Of a stretch of DNA of 58,251 nt, positions 1 through 8,728 are shown piece after piece. The stretch comes from Solirubrobacteraceae bacterium. GTDB lineage: Bacteria > Actinomycetota > Thermoleophilia > Solirubrobacterales > Solirubrobacteraceae. Within the stretch, counting starts at the first letter, position 1; each line of letters begins with the position of its first letter. The stretch spans positions 1 to 58,251 of the forward strand of contig DASYID010000114.1 in assembly GCA_036252775.1 (NCBI GenBank), in the 5' to 3' direction. The translations under genes and the position numbers were made by a program. The notes under the pieces were generated by a model. It was given only the letters and a program-made list of their open reading frames with translations. It was not told the DNA's origin and did no database searches.

Positions 1-1320
1 GTGCCGCTGTGGGGGGCCATCGACCCATCGGCCGAGCTGCGCCCCGAGCTGTCCTCGCGGGAGCTCTCGCGTCGCCGGGCGGCCACCACCGATGAGCTGC
101 TCGGGAGAGTGTTCGTTCCGGTGCTCAGGCGAATGCTTCGGGGGATGCGCGACGAGAACGCGGATCCCGGAGGCTACGGCGAGGTCGTGCATGACCTGTG
201 GCGCTTCTTTCGCCGCTACGACTGGGCGACGGCGTGGAAGTCCCAACCGGCGTGGCAGGCGTTCGTCGAAGAGACCCGGCGCGAGCTCGACGAGAACCGA
301 CCGGGCGCCGGGGGCTCGGAGCCCAGCATGGCCGATCTCACGGGTGCGCTGCGCTGGATGTTCAACTACATGCTCCCCCTCAACGTCCAGGTGCCCCAGG
401 TCGATCTCGTTCATTCCACGATCGCCGGGTTTGCCGGGCTGGCCGGAGTGGTGGCCAAGCTCGAGCACGGGACACCCTTCCTGCTCACCGAGCACGGCGT
501 CTGGGTCAGGGAGCGCTACATAGCGATCTCGACCGACCCGTTCACCCCGTTCGCCAAGCAGTTCCTCATGCGCCTGTCCACCTTCGTGGCCAAGCTCAAC
601 TACTACTACGCCGACGTGGTCGCCCCGGTGGCCAACTTCAACCGGCGCTGGGAGCTCCCCTACGGAGTGCACGAGGACAAGATCCAGACCATCTACAACG
701 GCATCGATCCCGGGCTGTTTCGACCGCGCCCCAAGCCGGCTGAACGCCTGGGGCGCCCCGTGGTCATCGCGGCGGCCCGCGTGTTTCCCCTCAAGGACGT
801 CGAGACGATGATCAGGGCGGCGGCGGTCGTACGCGAGAGCCTTCCGGACGTGTTGTTCCTGCTCTACGGCTCGCTGGACGCCGACCTCCCCTACACCGCC
901 CGCTGCCAGGCGTTGGTCACCGAGCTCGGGCTCGAGCAGACCTTCGAGTTCGGCGGCTTTCACAACCGTCCGTCGGAGGTCTACAGCGAGGGCGATCTCA
1001 GCGTGCTGTCGAGCATCTCGGAGGGCTTTCCCTACACGGTGCTCGAGTCCATGGCCTGCGAGAGGCCGGTGGTGGCCACCGACGTCGGGGGTGTGCGCGA
1101 GGCGCTCGAGGGCTTCGGCGTGGTGGTCGCCCCGCGCGATCCGGCGGGGCTCGCGGCCGGGCTCGTCCAGCTGCTCAGCGACGAGGACCTTCGCCTCACC
1201 GTTGGCCGCCAGGGACGCGAGCGCGTTCTGGCCCACTTTCGGGTGGCGCAGTCGATCGGTCAGTACCGGGCGGTCTATCAGCGCCTGGCGGGCGCCCAAG
1301 GCGAGCCCGGCCCGGGATGA
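1..1320 (+). CDS. PelF-like GT4 glycosyltransferase with DUF3492-type N-terminal region (probably 5' partial)
   Basis: The ORF is open to the window edge. It has a long DUF3492-like region (HSTIAGFAG...LLTEHGVWVRERY) followed by a GT4 core (SISEGFPYTVLESMACERPVVATDVGG). Its stop overlaps the next start in ATGA at 1317-1320. Confidence 0.8.
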   Translation: MPLWGAIDPSAELRPELSSRELSRRRAATTDELLGRVFVPVLRRMLRGMRDENADPGGYGEVVHDLWRFFRRYDWATAWKSQPAWQAFVEETRRELDENRPGAGGSEPSMADLTGALRWMFNYMLPLNVQVPQVDLVHSTIAGFAGLAGVVAKLEHGTPFLLTEHGVWVRERYIAISTDPFTPFAKQFLMRLSTFVAKLNYYYADVVAPVANFNRRWELPYGVHEDKIQTIYNGIDPGLFRPRPKPAERLGRPVVIAAARVFPLKDVETMIRAAAVVRESLPDVLFLLYGSLDADLPYTARCQALVTELGLEQTFEFGGFHNRPSEVYSEGDLSVLSSISEGFPYTVLESMACERPVVATDVGGVREALEGFGVVVAPRDPAGLAAGLVQLLSDEDLRLTVGRQGRERVLAHFRVAQSIGQYRAVYQRLAGAQGEPGPG

Positions 1321-2099
1321 GCCCGTCCGGTGCTTCGGCGGCGGGGGCCGGCTGGCCTCCGCAGGCCGACGCGAGCCCGCCGAGCCTCGTCCTCACCTAT
1401 CACCTGGTCAGGCCCCTGGGCCCGGCCGGAGATGATGGTGGGGGGATGATCACCAGCCCCGACCGGCTGGCCTGGCACGTGGAGTTCCTGCGCGAGGCCG
1501 GTCACCGGTTTACCGGTGCGGCGGAGCTGGCCGACACCTGGACGGGCAACCAGCCCCCCGGGGGCCTGGCCGTGCTGACCTTCGACGACGGCTGGCTGGA
1601 CGCGCTGACCGTGGCCGCCCCGCTGCTGGCTGACCGCGGAGTGCCGGGCACGTTCTTTCTCGCCCCGGGTCTGTTCGGCAATCGCGAGCCCCGCTTGGGG
1701 GAGGCGGGCCAGATCGTGAGCGGCGGTCAGGCGCGCGAGCTGCACGCCATGGGCATGGAGCTGGGCTGCCACTCCATGTATCACCCGGACCTGCGCACCT
1801 TGGGCGACCGCGATCTGGCCGAGGAGCTGGCCCGATCACGATTCGAGATCGAGGCGCTGAGCGGCGAGCGGTGCCGCAGCTTCGCCTACCCGTCAGGCTG
1901 GCATGACGAGCGTGTCCAGGCGGCCGTGCGGGCGGAGGGGTTTGACATCGCCTTTGCCTTTGGCCCCCAGCCGTGGTCGCGGTGGGCCGTCCCCCGACTC
2001 GGCGGCCCGCCGACGGCGGCACTTGAGTCCTTTCCGCTCTACCTGCGCAAAGGCCATGACTCGTGTCAATCGTTAGGTGACCGCCAGCCGCAGGCGTAG
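1317..2099 (+). CDS. Polysaccharide deacetylase (CE4 / NodB homology domain)
   Basis: CE4 motifs LTFDDGW and HSMYHPD are present. The start is coupled to the upstream GT by an ATGA overlap. Confidence 0.8.
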   Translation: MSPSGASAAGAGWPPQADASPPSLVLTYHLVRPLGPAGDDGGGMITSPDRLAWHVEFLREAGHRFTGAAELADTWTGNQPPGGLAVLTFDDGWLDALTVAAPLLADRGVPGTFFLAPGLFGNREPRLGEAGQIVSGGQARELHAMGMELGCHSMYHPDLRTLGDRDLAEELARSRFEIEALSGERCRSFAYPSGWHDERVQAAVRAEGFDIAFAFGPQPWSRWAVPRLGGPPTAALESFPLYLRKGHDSCQSLGDRQPQA

Positions 2100-2152
2100 A
2101 GTGTGTAGGTGCTTGACCCATTCTGTCTGATCACACTGCGGGAGGTCCACTG

Positions 2153-3361
2153 ATGGTTGATGTCTGCCTGGTGCTCGAGGGCACCTACCCGAAGCTCACC
2201 GGCGGCCTGTCGGAGTGGGTTCAGCAGCTGACCGAGGGGCTTGACGACGTCAGCTTTGCCGTCGCCCATCTCGCCCACGATCAGACTCCGCCACACGCCG
2301 ATGCCTACCAGCCGCCGAGCAACGTGACCGAGGTACGCGAGATCGCCCTCGATCCCGATCACCCGGTGGACGCGCGCAACTTCGAGGACCGGATGCCGGA
2401 CGCCCGCGTCTATCACGCCCTCTCCACCGGCGTAGCGGGCAGCGTGGCCGGACGGGTCGCGCAGGCCCTGCGCCGGCCGATGGTGTTGACCGAGCACGGT
2501 CTGTACTGGCGCGAGGTGCGCTTCTTGCCCGGAGTGCGCGGCGACTACCAGGGCCAGTGGCAGGGCAGCGCGCGGCGGGTGACAGATCCTCACGAGGTCC
2601 GCGAGGAGTGGGCCCAGGCGCTGGAGCAGATGGCCCACGCCACCTACCCGCTGGCGGGCGAGATCACCACTGTCTGTACCGCCAACGCCCGCCGGCAGCG
2701 TCAGGCCGGCGCCCCCGCGGTCAACGTGATCCCCAACGCCGTGTCCCTGCCCGGCCTGCGTGAGGCCGAGGCCGGCGCGCCGCGGAGCGGCGAGCGTCTC
2801 ACCGTTGGAGTGGTGGCTCGCGTCAGCCCGATCAAGGACATCCTCGGGTTCGTTCGCGCCTGCCGGGTCGTAGCGGAGGAGCGGCCCGACACCGACTTCG
2901 TCGTCCTGGGGCCCCTGGACCACGACCCGGCCTATGCCGGTCGATGCCTGGAGCTGGCCGACGAGATCGGGCTGGGCGAGCGGCTGCGCTTCCTGGGGGA
3001 GGTGGACCCCGCGCCGTGGTATCCGCGGCTGGACGTGGTTGTGTCCCCCAGCGTCAGCGAGGGCCAGCCTCTGGCCTTGCTGGAGGCGATGGCGGCCGGT
3101 CTGCCCGTGGTGACCACCGATGTCGGCGGCTGCGCTGAGCTGGTGGCCGGCGGTCGCGGCCGAGCCGCCGCCGGCCTGGTCGTGGCGCCCGCCAGCCCCA
3201 GGGCGACGGGGCGGGCCATCCTGAGCCTGTGCTCTGACGCCGCGCTGAGACAGCGCATGGGCGCCGAGGGGCGCCGGCGTGTGGCTGCGAGGCACCGTCC
3301 CGAGCAGTTCCTGAGGGCCTACCGCGGGGTCTATGACCGGGCGCTGGCACGCGCGGCCTGA
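2153..3361 (+). CDS. Second, shorter DUF3492-type GT4 glycosyltransferase (PelF-like paralogue)
   Basis: The ATG at 2153 is preceded by GGAGG at 2141-2145. The N-terminus VCLVLEGTYPKLTGGLSEWV and LTEHGLYWRE resemble the DUF3492/PelF type. The GT4 core is SVSEGQPLALLEAMAAGLPVVTTDVGG. Confidence 0.8.
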   Translation: MVDVCLVLEGTYPKLTGGLSEWVQQLTEGLDDVSFAVAHLAHDQTPPHADAYQPPSNVTEVREIALDPDHPVDARNFEDRMPDARVYHALSTGVAGSVAGRVAQALRRPMVLTEHGLYWREVRFLPGVRGDYQGQWQGSARRVTDPHEVREEWAQALEQMAHATYPLAGEITTVCTANARRQRQAGAPAVNVIPNAVSLPGLREAEAGAPRSGERLTVGVVARVSPIKDILGFVRACRVVAEERPDTDFVVLGPLDHDPAYAGRCLELADEIGLGERLRFLGEVDPAPWYPRLDVVVSPSVSEGQPLALLEAMAAGLPVVTTDVGGCAELVAGGRGRAAAGLVVAPASPRATGRAILSLCSDAALRQRMGAEGRRRVAARHRPEQFLRAYRGVYDRALARAA

Positions 3362-3456
3362 GCGATCCTCTGAGCACAACTGAGGAGGACGCTCAGCGGG
3401 CCGAGCTGGTCGAATGGATCCTCGACCGTGCTGGGTCGCCGATCGACCGGCTGGCG

Positions 3457-4968
3457 GTGGCGGCGCTGCTCGAGAGCCGCGGTCTGCGTGACGTCGATGC
3501 GCGGGAGAAGTTCGGACAGCCCAACATCTTTGCCCTGGCCGCCGAGCTGCTGCCGGCGTGCCGGCGCGGGGCCGAGCGGCGCGGCCTACCCGTCGCGGCG
3601 CTGGACAGCGGTCCGCCGGGAGACGAGGAGATCGTCATCACCCGGCCCCTGCGCGCGTACATCAGGGGAGGGTTCTTCTTCGTACCTCTCGGTCTGCAGC
3701 TCGCCTGCCTGCTGGTGTTCGGCGAGTCGCTGTGGGCCTCGCTGCACTTCACCACGGCTCAGGCATCGGTGGTCGCTGGCTCGGTGGGGCTCAGCTTCAC
3801 GGTCACGGCGGGTTTCATCCAGGCGCTCGGCTACCTCGGTCCGATGTTCGCCGGCGCAGAGAAGTACATCCTGGAGCGCCGTATCACCTATCGGCTCACC
3901 GGCGTGGCGGTGCTTGCCGTGGTGGTGGTGGGCGCGCTGGTCTACGGCGGAAACGAGCTCTTCGGTGTCTTTCCGCGCAACCTGGTGCAGGTGGGCCTCG
4001 TCTACTACGCGCTGCAGTGTGGCCTGTTGCTCTCCAACGCGGTGCTTTACATGCTGCGACGCTACTCGCTGATCCTGCTCACGACCATCTGCGGCCTGGC
4101 CGCGGTTCAGCTCACCCGCACTCTGGCCGGCACCGGGCTGTACGTGTCGCACTGGCTTGGGGTGACGGTGGCGATCATCGTCTCGCTGGCCCTCAGTGAC
4201 CTGGTCCTGCGCCGCCGGGCCAGGACCACCGAGGGTGACCTGCGCCTGGCCACCCTTCCCGAACGCAGCACGCTGGTTCGTTACAGCGCTCCGACCTTCA
4301 TCTACGGGGTCCTGTACTTCTCGTTTCTGTTCGCTGACCGGCTGGTCGCGTGGTCAGCTGGACACCACCCCTTGGCGGTGTGGTTCTCGAGCAACTATGA
4401 GCTGGGGTTGGACTGGGCCCTGATCTCGGTGGTGGGCGCGATGGCCTATCTGGAGGTCATCGTCAACGCGATCTCCCTGCGGCTGCTGACGGCGCAGCGC
4501 GACTACCGGGGCGGGGAGACTCAGCGCCACAACACCGACCTGCGCAGCTTCTATATGCGCCAGATGGGCCGGATGCTGGTGCTCATCATCGTGCTCGGAG
4601 TGGTGGTCCATGTGGTCGTGGGCCTGATCACCGAGATCCCGGGCAGCGGCGACGTGACGCGCTACCTGTCACAGTCAGACACCCAGAGCGTGCACCTGTG
4701 GGCGGTCGTCGGCTACGGCCTGATTGCTCTCGCCTTGGCCAACATCGTGATCCTGACCTCGCTGGCCCTGCGCTGGCCGATCACCTATGCGCTCGGTGCA
4801 GCGATCGTCGTGGGCGTGCCGCTGTCCATCATCCTCAGCCGCACCGGCCCGTTCTGGTGGAGCGTCATCGGCATGGTCGCCGGGGCCCTGGTCATGTTCC
4901 TGGTCAGCACCGTCTACACCTGGCGCGCCCTCGAGCGAGCCGACTACCACAGCTTCGCCCGCTACTGA
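3457..4968 (+). CDS. Polytopic (about 12 TM) membrane protein, candidate PelG-like polysaccharide exporter
   Basis: I count about 12 hydrophobic segments in the translation after a roughly 75-aa soluble N-terminus. It sits immediately downstream of the GT-deacetylase-GT genes. An in-frame ATG at 3415 is an alternative start. The function is inferred from position and topology only. Confidence 0.6.
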   Translation: MAALLESRGLRDVDAREKFGQPNIFALAAELLPACRRGAERRGLPVAALDSGPPGDEEIVITRPLRAYIRGGFFFVPLGLQLACLLVFGESLWASLHFTTAQASVVAGSVGLSFTVTAGFIQALGYLGPMFAGAEKYILERRITYRLTGVAVLAVVVVGALVYGGNELFGVFPRNLVQVGLVYYALQCGLLLSNAVLYMLRRYSLILLTTICGLAAVQLTRTLAGTGLYVSHWLGVTVAIIVSLALSDLVLRRRARTTEGDLRLATLPERSTLVRYSAPTFIYGVLYFSFLFADRLVAWSAGHHPLAVWFSSNYELGLDWALISVVGAMAYLEVIVNAISLRLLTAQRDYRGGETQRHNTDLRSFYMRQMGRMLVLIIVLGVVVHVVVGLITEIPGSGDVTRYLSQSDTQSVHLWAVVGYGLIALALANIVILTSLALRWPITYALGAAIVVGVPLSIILSRTGPFWWSVIGMVAGALVMFLVSTVYTWRALERADYHSFARY

Positions 4969-5171
4969 CCATGCGGGGCTGGTGGGCCCAGCGTGCCGAC
5001 CCTGACGGCAGAAACCTGATGACGGGCCCACACATTCCCTTCGGAACCTGGTAGCTTGCGCGCTGACTGGCCGGCATCTTGCCGGCGCAAACGAAGTGCC
5101 AGCGCTCGCAGGTCGAAGCTCTCAAAAGCATCCTCCTCGTCGCAGCACGAACACAAGTGGAGGATCGCACC

Positions 5172-5375
5172 ATGCCAACCGGGACCGTCAAGTGGTTCAG
5201 CGACGACAAGGGTTTCGGCTTCATCACCCCCGACGACGGACAGAAGGATCTCTTCGTCCATCACACGGGGATCCTCGGCGAGGGCTACCGCTCTCTGGCC
5301 GAGGGCGCCAAGGTCTCCTATGACGCCGAGGCCGGCGACAAGGGACCCAAGGCCGTCAACGTCCAGGCTGTCTAG
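5172..5375 (+). CDS. cspA: Cold-shock protein (CSD, CspA family)
   Basis: [29 protein letters not shown] carries the RNP1/RNP2 motifs. GGAGGA at 5158-5163 lies upstream of the ATG at 5172. The track ORF start at 5079 is an upstream extension. Confidence 0.95.
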   Translation: MPTGTVKWFSDDKGFGFITPDDGQKDLFVHHTGILGEGYRSLAEGAKVSYDAEAGDKGPKAVNVQAV

Positions 5376-5399
5376 CGCGCATCGCTAGCGCCTGACCCG

Positions 5400-5434
5400 A
5401 AGGCCCGCCTCCTGGCGGGCCTTCTGCTTTTCTG
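5400..5434 (+). terminator. Rho-independent terminator after cspA
   Basis: The stem AAGGCCCGCC / GGCGGGCCTT has a TCCT loop and is followed by CTGCTTTTCTG. Confidence 0.6.
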
Positions 5435-5462
5435 CCGGTCCACGACGGCCAAGAACGCCCGC

Positions 5463-7199
5463 GTGCCCGGTATTCTCCCTGCTCCGCGGGGGCTCCCGTC
5501 GAGCCCGGGCCGCGTTCCTTTGAGGCAAAGCCTGACGGAGATGTCCACCGACGCAACACGTCTACCCCTTGGCTCGACCCTGGTGGTCAAGCGAAAGAGT
5601 GCTCTGCGCCGTGCCCGCCTCGCTCCCCTCCCAGCCAGCTGGGTAGCGGCGGCGGGAGGGACGGCGCTGGCGGGCATTCTCGTACTCAGCACGCTCATCG
5701 TGCTGATCGCCAACGACCGCGCCAGCTTCCTGAGCCCGCCGTCGCACGCCGGCTTCCCCGGATGGATGTCGGGCCCCCTGGGGCACCTGCTGCCCGGCGT
5801 GGACCCCAGCCGCACCGTTCTGCAGTGGGGCTTCAGCCTGGCCGTCGTGTTCATGTTCGTGCTCTACGTCGTGATGCTGATCTGTGCTCGGCGGATCAAT
5901 ACCCGCTGGGCGATCGTCGCGGTCGTGCTCCTGCACGTCGTGTTCTTCCTGTCGGCGCCGCTGCCGCTGACCGACGTCTTCAACTACATCAACTACGGCC
6001 GTATGGGCGTGGTGCACCACCTCAATCCCTACGCGACGATTCCCTCCGTCGAGCCCCACACGGATCCCGCGTTCATCTACAGCAACTGGCACCACCTCCT
6101 CAGTCCCTATGGCCCTCTGTTCACGCTGTTCACCTACGCCTTGGCCCCGCTCGGGGTGCCGGCCGGCTACTGGGTGCTCAAGGCCTCGCTGATGCTCGCC
6201 AGCCTGGGCGGGCTGGCGCTGGTGTGGCGCTGCGCGCGCCTGCTCGGCCGCGCTCCGCTGCCCGCCTTCCTCTTCGTGGGTGCCAACCCCCTGATGCTGG
6301 TCTGGGGGCTGGGCGGCGACCACAACGACTTCTTCATGGTCCTGTTCATGATGCTCGCGTTCTATCTGCTGCTGAGCAGTGACGGCCTGCGCCGCCGGAT
6401 GGGGATCAGTGATGCCCCGGTCGAGCTGCCCGCGGGTGCCGCCGGCCCGCCCCAGACGGCCGGGTCGGGTGCCGCCGGCCCGCCCCAGGCGGCCCAGCGG
6501 GAGGACGCGGCGCCGGCGGCGACCAGCGAGGCCGCCCGGCCCGCGGGACGCGCGGGTTGGAGCGCGCGCTGGCGCGGGCCCGGCCTGTGGCGGGACCTGG
6601 GCGCCGGGGGCGCCCTGGCCTGCGTGGTGGCCATCAAGGCCTCGGGCGGGATCCTGCTGCCCGTCGTGTTGGCCGGCGCGGCGCGCCGCTGGCGGCTGCT
6701 GGCCGGGATGGTCATCGGCGGGATGGTGCTGGCCGTGGCCACCGCGGTGGCCTTCGGTGCCTACCTGCCCAACCTCGCCGAGCAGAGCAAGCTGGTAACG
6801 GGGGTGGGCCTGCCCAACCTGCTGGGCTACGCGCTGGGTCTGGGCGGGGAGGATGCGACGCTGAGCGCGATGCTGAACGTCATCCTGATCCTGGCCGTGG
6901 CTGGCGCATCGGTCTACGCATGGCGTAGCCGGGCGTGGCTACCGGCCGCGGCGATCGCCATGCTCGCGCTGTTGCTCACGCTCAGCTGGGAGCTGCCGTG
7001 GTATGTGTTCTGGCTGCTGCCGCTGGCCGCCCTGGCGAGAGCGCGTTGGCTGCGCGTCGCCGCCCTGATGGTCAGCCTCTACCTGATCCTGGCCTGGATC
7101 CCCATCGTCTCGGATCTGATCCATGGTCTGAACTTCCGGCCCACCGCCACTCCGCTGGGCGAGCAGCACAGCCGCCTGACCAAGACCCTCCTGCACTAA
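5463..7199 (+). CDS. GT-C fold membrane glycosyltransferase (DUF2029 / MptB-like polyprenol-phosphate-sugar dependent)
   Basis: It is a multi-TM protein with the loop motif PLTDVFNYINYGRMGVVHHLNPY, typical of DUF2029/GT87-like enzymes. The start is uncertain, with an alternative ATG at 5541 (MSTDATR). It contains a Pro/Ala-rich loop encoded partly by a 22-bp direct repeat. Confidence 0.7.
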   Translation: MPGILPAPRGLPSSPGRVPLRQSLTEMSTDATRLPLGSTLVVKRKSALRRARLAPLPASWVAAAGGTALAGILVLSTLIVLIANDRASFLSPPSHAGFPGWMSGPLGHLLPGVDPSRTVLQWGFSLAVVFMFVLYVVMLICARRINTRWAIVAVVLLHVVFFLSAPLPLTDVFNYINYGRMGVVHHLNPYATIPSVEPHTDPAFIYSNWHHLLSPYGPLFTLFTYALAPLGVPAGYWVLKASLMLASLGGLALVWRCARLLGRAPLPAFLFVGANPLMLVWGLGGDHNDFFMVLFMMLAFYLLLSSDGLRRRMGISDAPVELPAGAAGPPQTAGSGAAGPPQAAQREDAAPAATSEAARPAGRAGWSARWRGPGLWRDLGAGGALACVVAIKASGGILLPVVLAGAARRWRLLAGMVIGGMVLAVATAVAFGAYLPNLAEQSKLVTGVGLPNLLGYALGLGGEDATLSAMLNVILILAVAGASVYAWRSRAWLPAAAIAMLALLLTLSWELPWYVFWLLPLAALARARWLRVAALMVSLYLILAWIPIVSDLIHGLNFRPTATPLGEQHSRLTKTLLH

Positions 7200-7609
7200 T
7201 CCTCGCCGGACGGGCGCTGGCGTCCCCGCTTGCGCTCAGCCGCCTGGCGCTTGGCGGTCAGCCGGCGCTCACGCGCCGCCTGACCCGGACGGGTGGCGCG
7301 CCGCGGTCGCTGGACCGCCAGCGCGGCGGCCAAGCGATCACGCAGCCGCTCCAGGGCCAGCTCGCGGTTGCGGGCCTGGCTGCGGGCGTCCTGGGCCACC
7401 GCGGTCACCCGTGGCCCCAGCCGGGCCAGCAGGCGCCGACGCTGTTCGTCGCTCAGCGACGGGGATGCCGCCACGTCGAACACAGCCTCCACGCGCGACG
7501 CGGTCACGTTGGCGTGCTGGCCGCCGGGACCCGAGGAGCGGCTGGTGCGCAGCACGATCTCGCGCAGCGGAAGCCTCAGTCGGGCGGTGACGACGATCGG
7601 ATCCTGCAC
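7196..7609 (-). CDS. arfB: Alternative ribosome-rescue factor ArfB (peptidyl-tRNA hydrolase, GGQ protein)
   Basis: It has the SGPGGQHANVTASRVE GGQ motif plus a basic C-terminal tail (RRLTAKRQAAERKRGRQR). Confidence 0.85.
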   Translation of the reverse strand: MQDPIVVTARLRLPLREIVLRTSRSSGPGGQHANVTASRVEAVFDVAASPSLSDEQRRRLLARLGPRVTAVAQDARSQARNRELALERLRDRLAAALAVQRPRRATRPGQAARERRLTAKRQAAERKRGRQRPSGED

Positions 7610-7645
7610 GCACCCATCATCGCCCAGGCGGATGCCGGGGCGTCC

Positions 7646-7969
7646 TCAGGCGGTGCGGGGGAGAGGCAGGGCTGCCTCCAGCGCCCGCGCGAGCTGGCGC
7701 AGGGAGAACGGCTTGAGCAGGTAGGCGGCGGGCGTCATGGCCCGCACAGGCGGCGAGGGCGGATAGATGCTCGAGACCACGAGGCTGGCGCCGGGCAGCT
7801 CCTCGCGTGGGTCGCGCGGAGGGCGGGCCGGAGAGCCGGGCTCGTAGAGGATCACGTCCACGCCGCTTGCGCCGGGAGCTTCGACCACCTCATGTCCCAG
7901 ACGGCGCACCAGGCAGCTCATCAGCTCCCGGGTATCGGCCGCAGGTTCGCTGATCAGTACACGCGCCAT
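7646..7969 (-). CDS. Stand-alone receiver-like protein lacking the phospho-acceptor Asp (Glu at that position)
   Basis: The receiver fold pattern is RVLISEPAAD...VDVILYEPG...SLVVSS...YLLKPF. The acidic pocket DD is replaced by EP, the acceptor D by E43, and the conserved K is retained. Confidence 0.6.
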   Translation of the reverse strand: MARVLISEPAADTRELMSCLVRRLGHEVVEAPGASGVDVILYEPGSPARPPRDPREELPGASLVVSSIYPPSPPVRAMTPAAYLLKPFSLRQLARALEAALPLPRTA

Positions 7970-8026
7970 GGGGCAAGCCTGCGCCCGGATGGGGGGATGG
8001 GGGTACGGATCTGGTATGAGAGCGGT

Positions 8027-8728
8027 ATGAAGGCCACGCGAGTAATGGTCGTCGACGACGACGCGGACGTCCGTGGCCTGGTCCGCGAGCTGCTGGAGCG
8101 AAGCGGCGCCACCGTGCGCGAGGCCGGTGACGGCCGCGAGGCGCTGCGCATCCTCTACGAGGCGCGCCCCGACGTGATCGTGCTGGACGTGGCCATGCCC
8201 GAGCTCGACGGCTGGCAGACGCTGGAGCGCATACGCGACATGACCGACGTCCCGGTCCTGATGCTCACCGCCCGCGACGGCGAGCTCGAGAAGGTCCGCG
8301 GCCTACGGGCTGGGGCCGACGACTACGTGACCAAGCCCTTCGGGCGCCAGGAGCTGCTGGCGCGCATCCAGGCACTGGTGCGCCGCGCCGGTCAGTCCCC
8401 CAGCGAGCCCACCGGCGTGCGCGAGACCTACGAGGACGCCTACCTGTCGATTGACGTCGGCAACGCCGAGGTTCAGGTCGGGGGCGACCCCGTCCCGCTG
8501 ACCCCACTGGAGTTTCGCCTGCTGAACACGTTCGTGCGCAACCCCGACCAGGTGCTCAGCCGCGATCATCTGCTCGAGCTGGTGTGGGGGGACACCGCCG
8601 GTGTCGCCGCCGACCAGGTCAAGCTCTACGTCGGCTACCTACGGCGCAAGCTCGAATCGGCCCCGAAGGGCAACCCGACCCCGATCGAGACGGTGCGGGG
8701 GTTCGGCTATCGCTACCGGACGCACTAG
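8027..8728 (+). CDS. OmpR/PhoB-family response regulator
   Basis: It has a receiver domain (VMVVDDDADV..VIVLDVAMPELDG..YVTKPF) plus a winged-helix domain (LTPLEFRLLNTF..VRGFGYRY). An alternative ATG lies at 7997. The 6935-8026 part of the track ORF is spurious because it is antisense to arfB. Confidence 0.9.
   Translation: MKATRVMVVDDDADVRGLVRELLERSGATVREAGDGREALRILYEARPDVIVLDVAMPELDGWQTLERIRDMTDVPVLMLTARDGELEKVRGLRAGADDYVTKPFGRQELLARIQALVRRAGQSPSEPTGVRETYEDAYLSIDVGNAEVQVGGDPVPLTPLEFRLLNTFVRNPDQVLSRDHLLELVWGDTAGVAADQVKLYVGYLRRKLESAPKGNPTPIETVRGFGYRYRTH

Noticed and set aside
2066-3379. A 437-aa minus-strand ORF antisense to the second GT4 gene.
   Set aside because: The plus-strand frame has GT4 motifs and an SD-preceded ATG. 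The antisense product is low-complexity.
5070-5088. The hairpin GCCGGCAtctTGCCGGC between the exporter-candidate gene and cspA, considered as a terminator.
   Set aside because: No U-tract follows it. It could equally be part of the long csp 5' leader, and the evidence is insufficient either way.
6935-8026. The N-terminal 364 aa of the 597-aa plus-strand ORF that ends in the OmpR-type regulator.
   Set aside because: It overlaps arfB (GGQ motif) and the receiver-like gene on the other strand. The regulator has a normal start at 8027 (or 7997), and the upstream part is Arg/Ala-rich with no domain.
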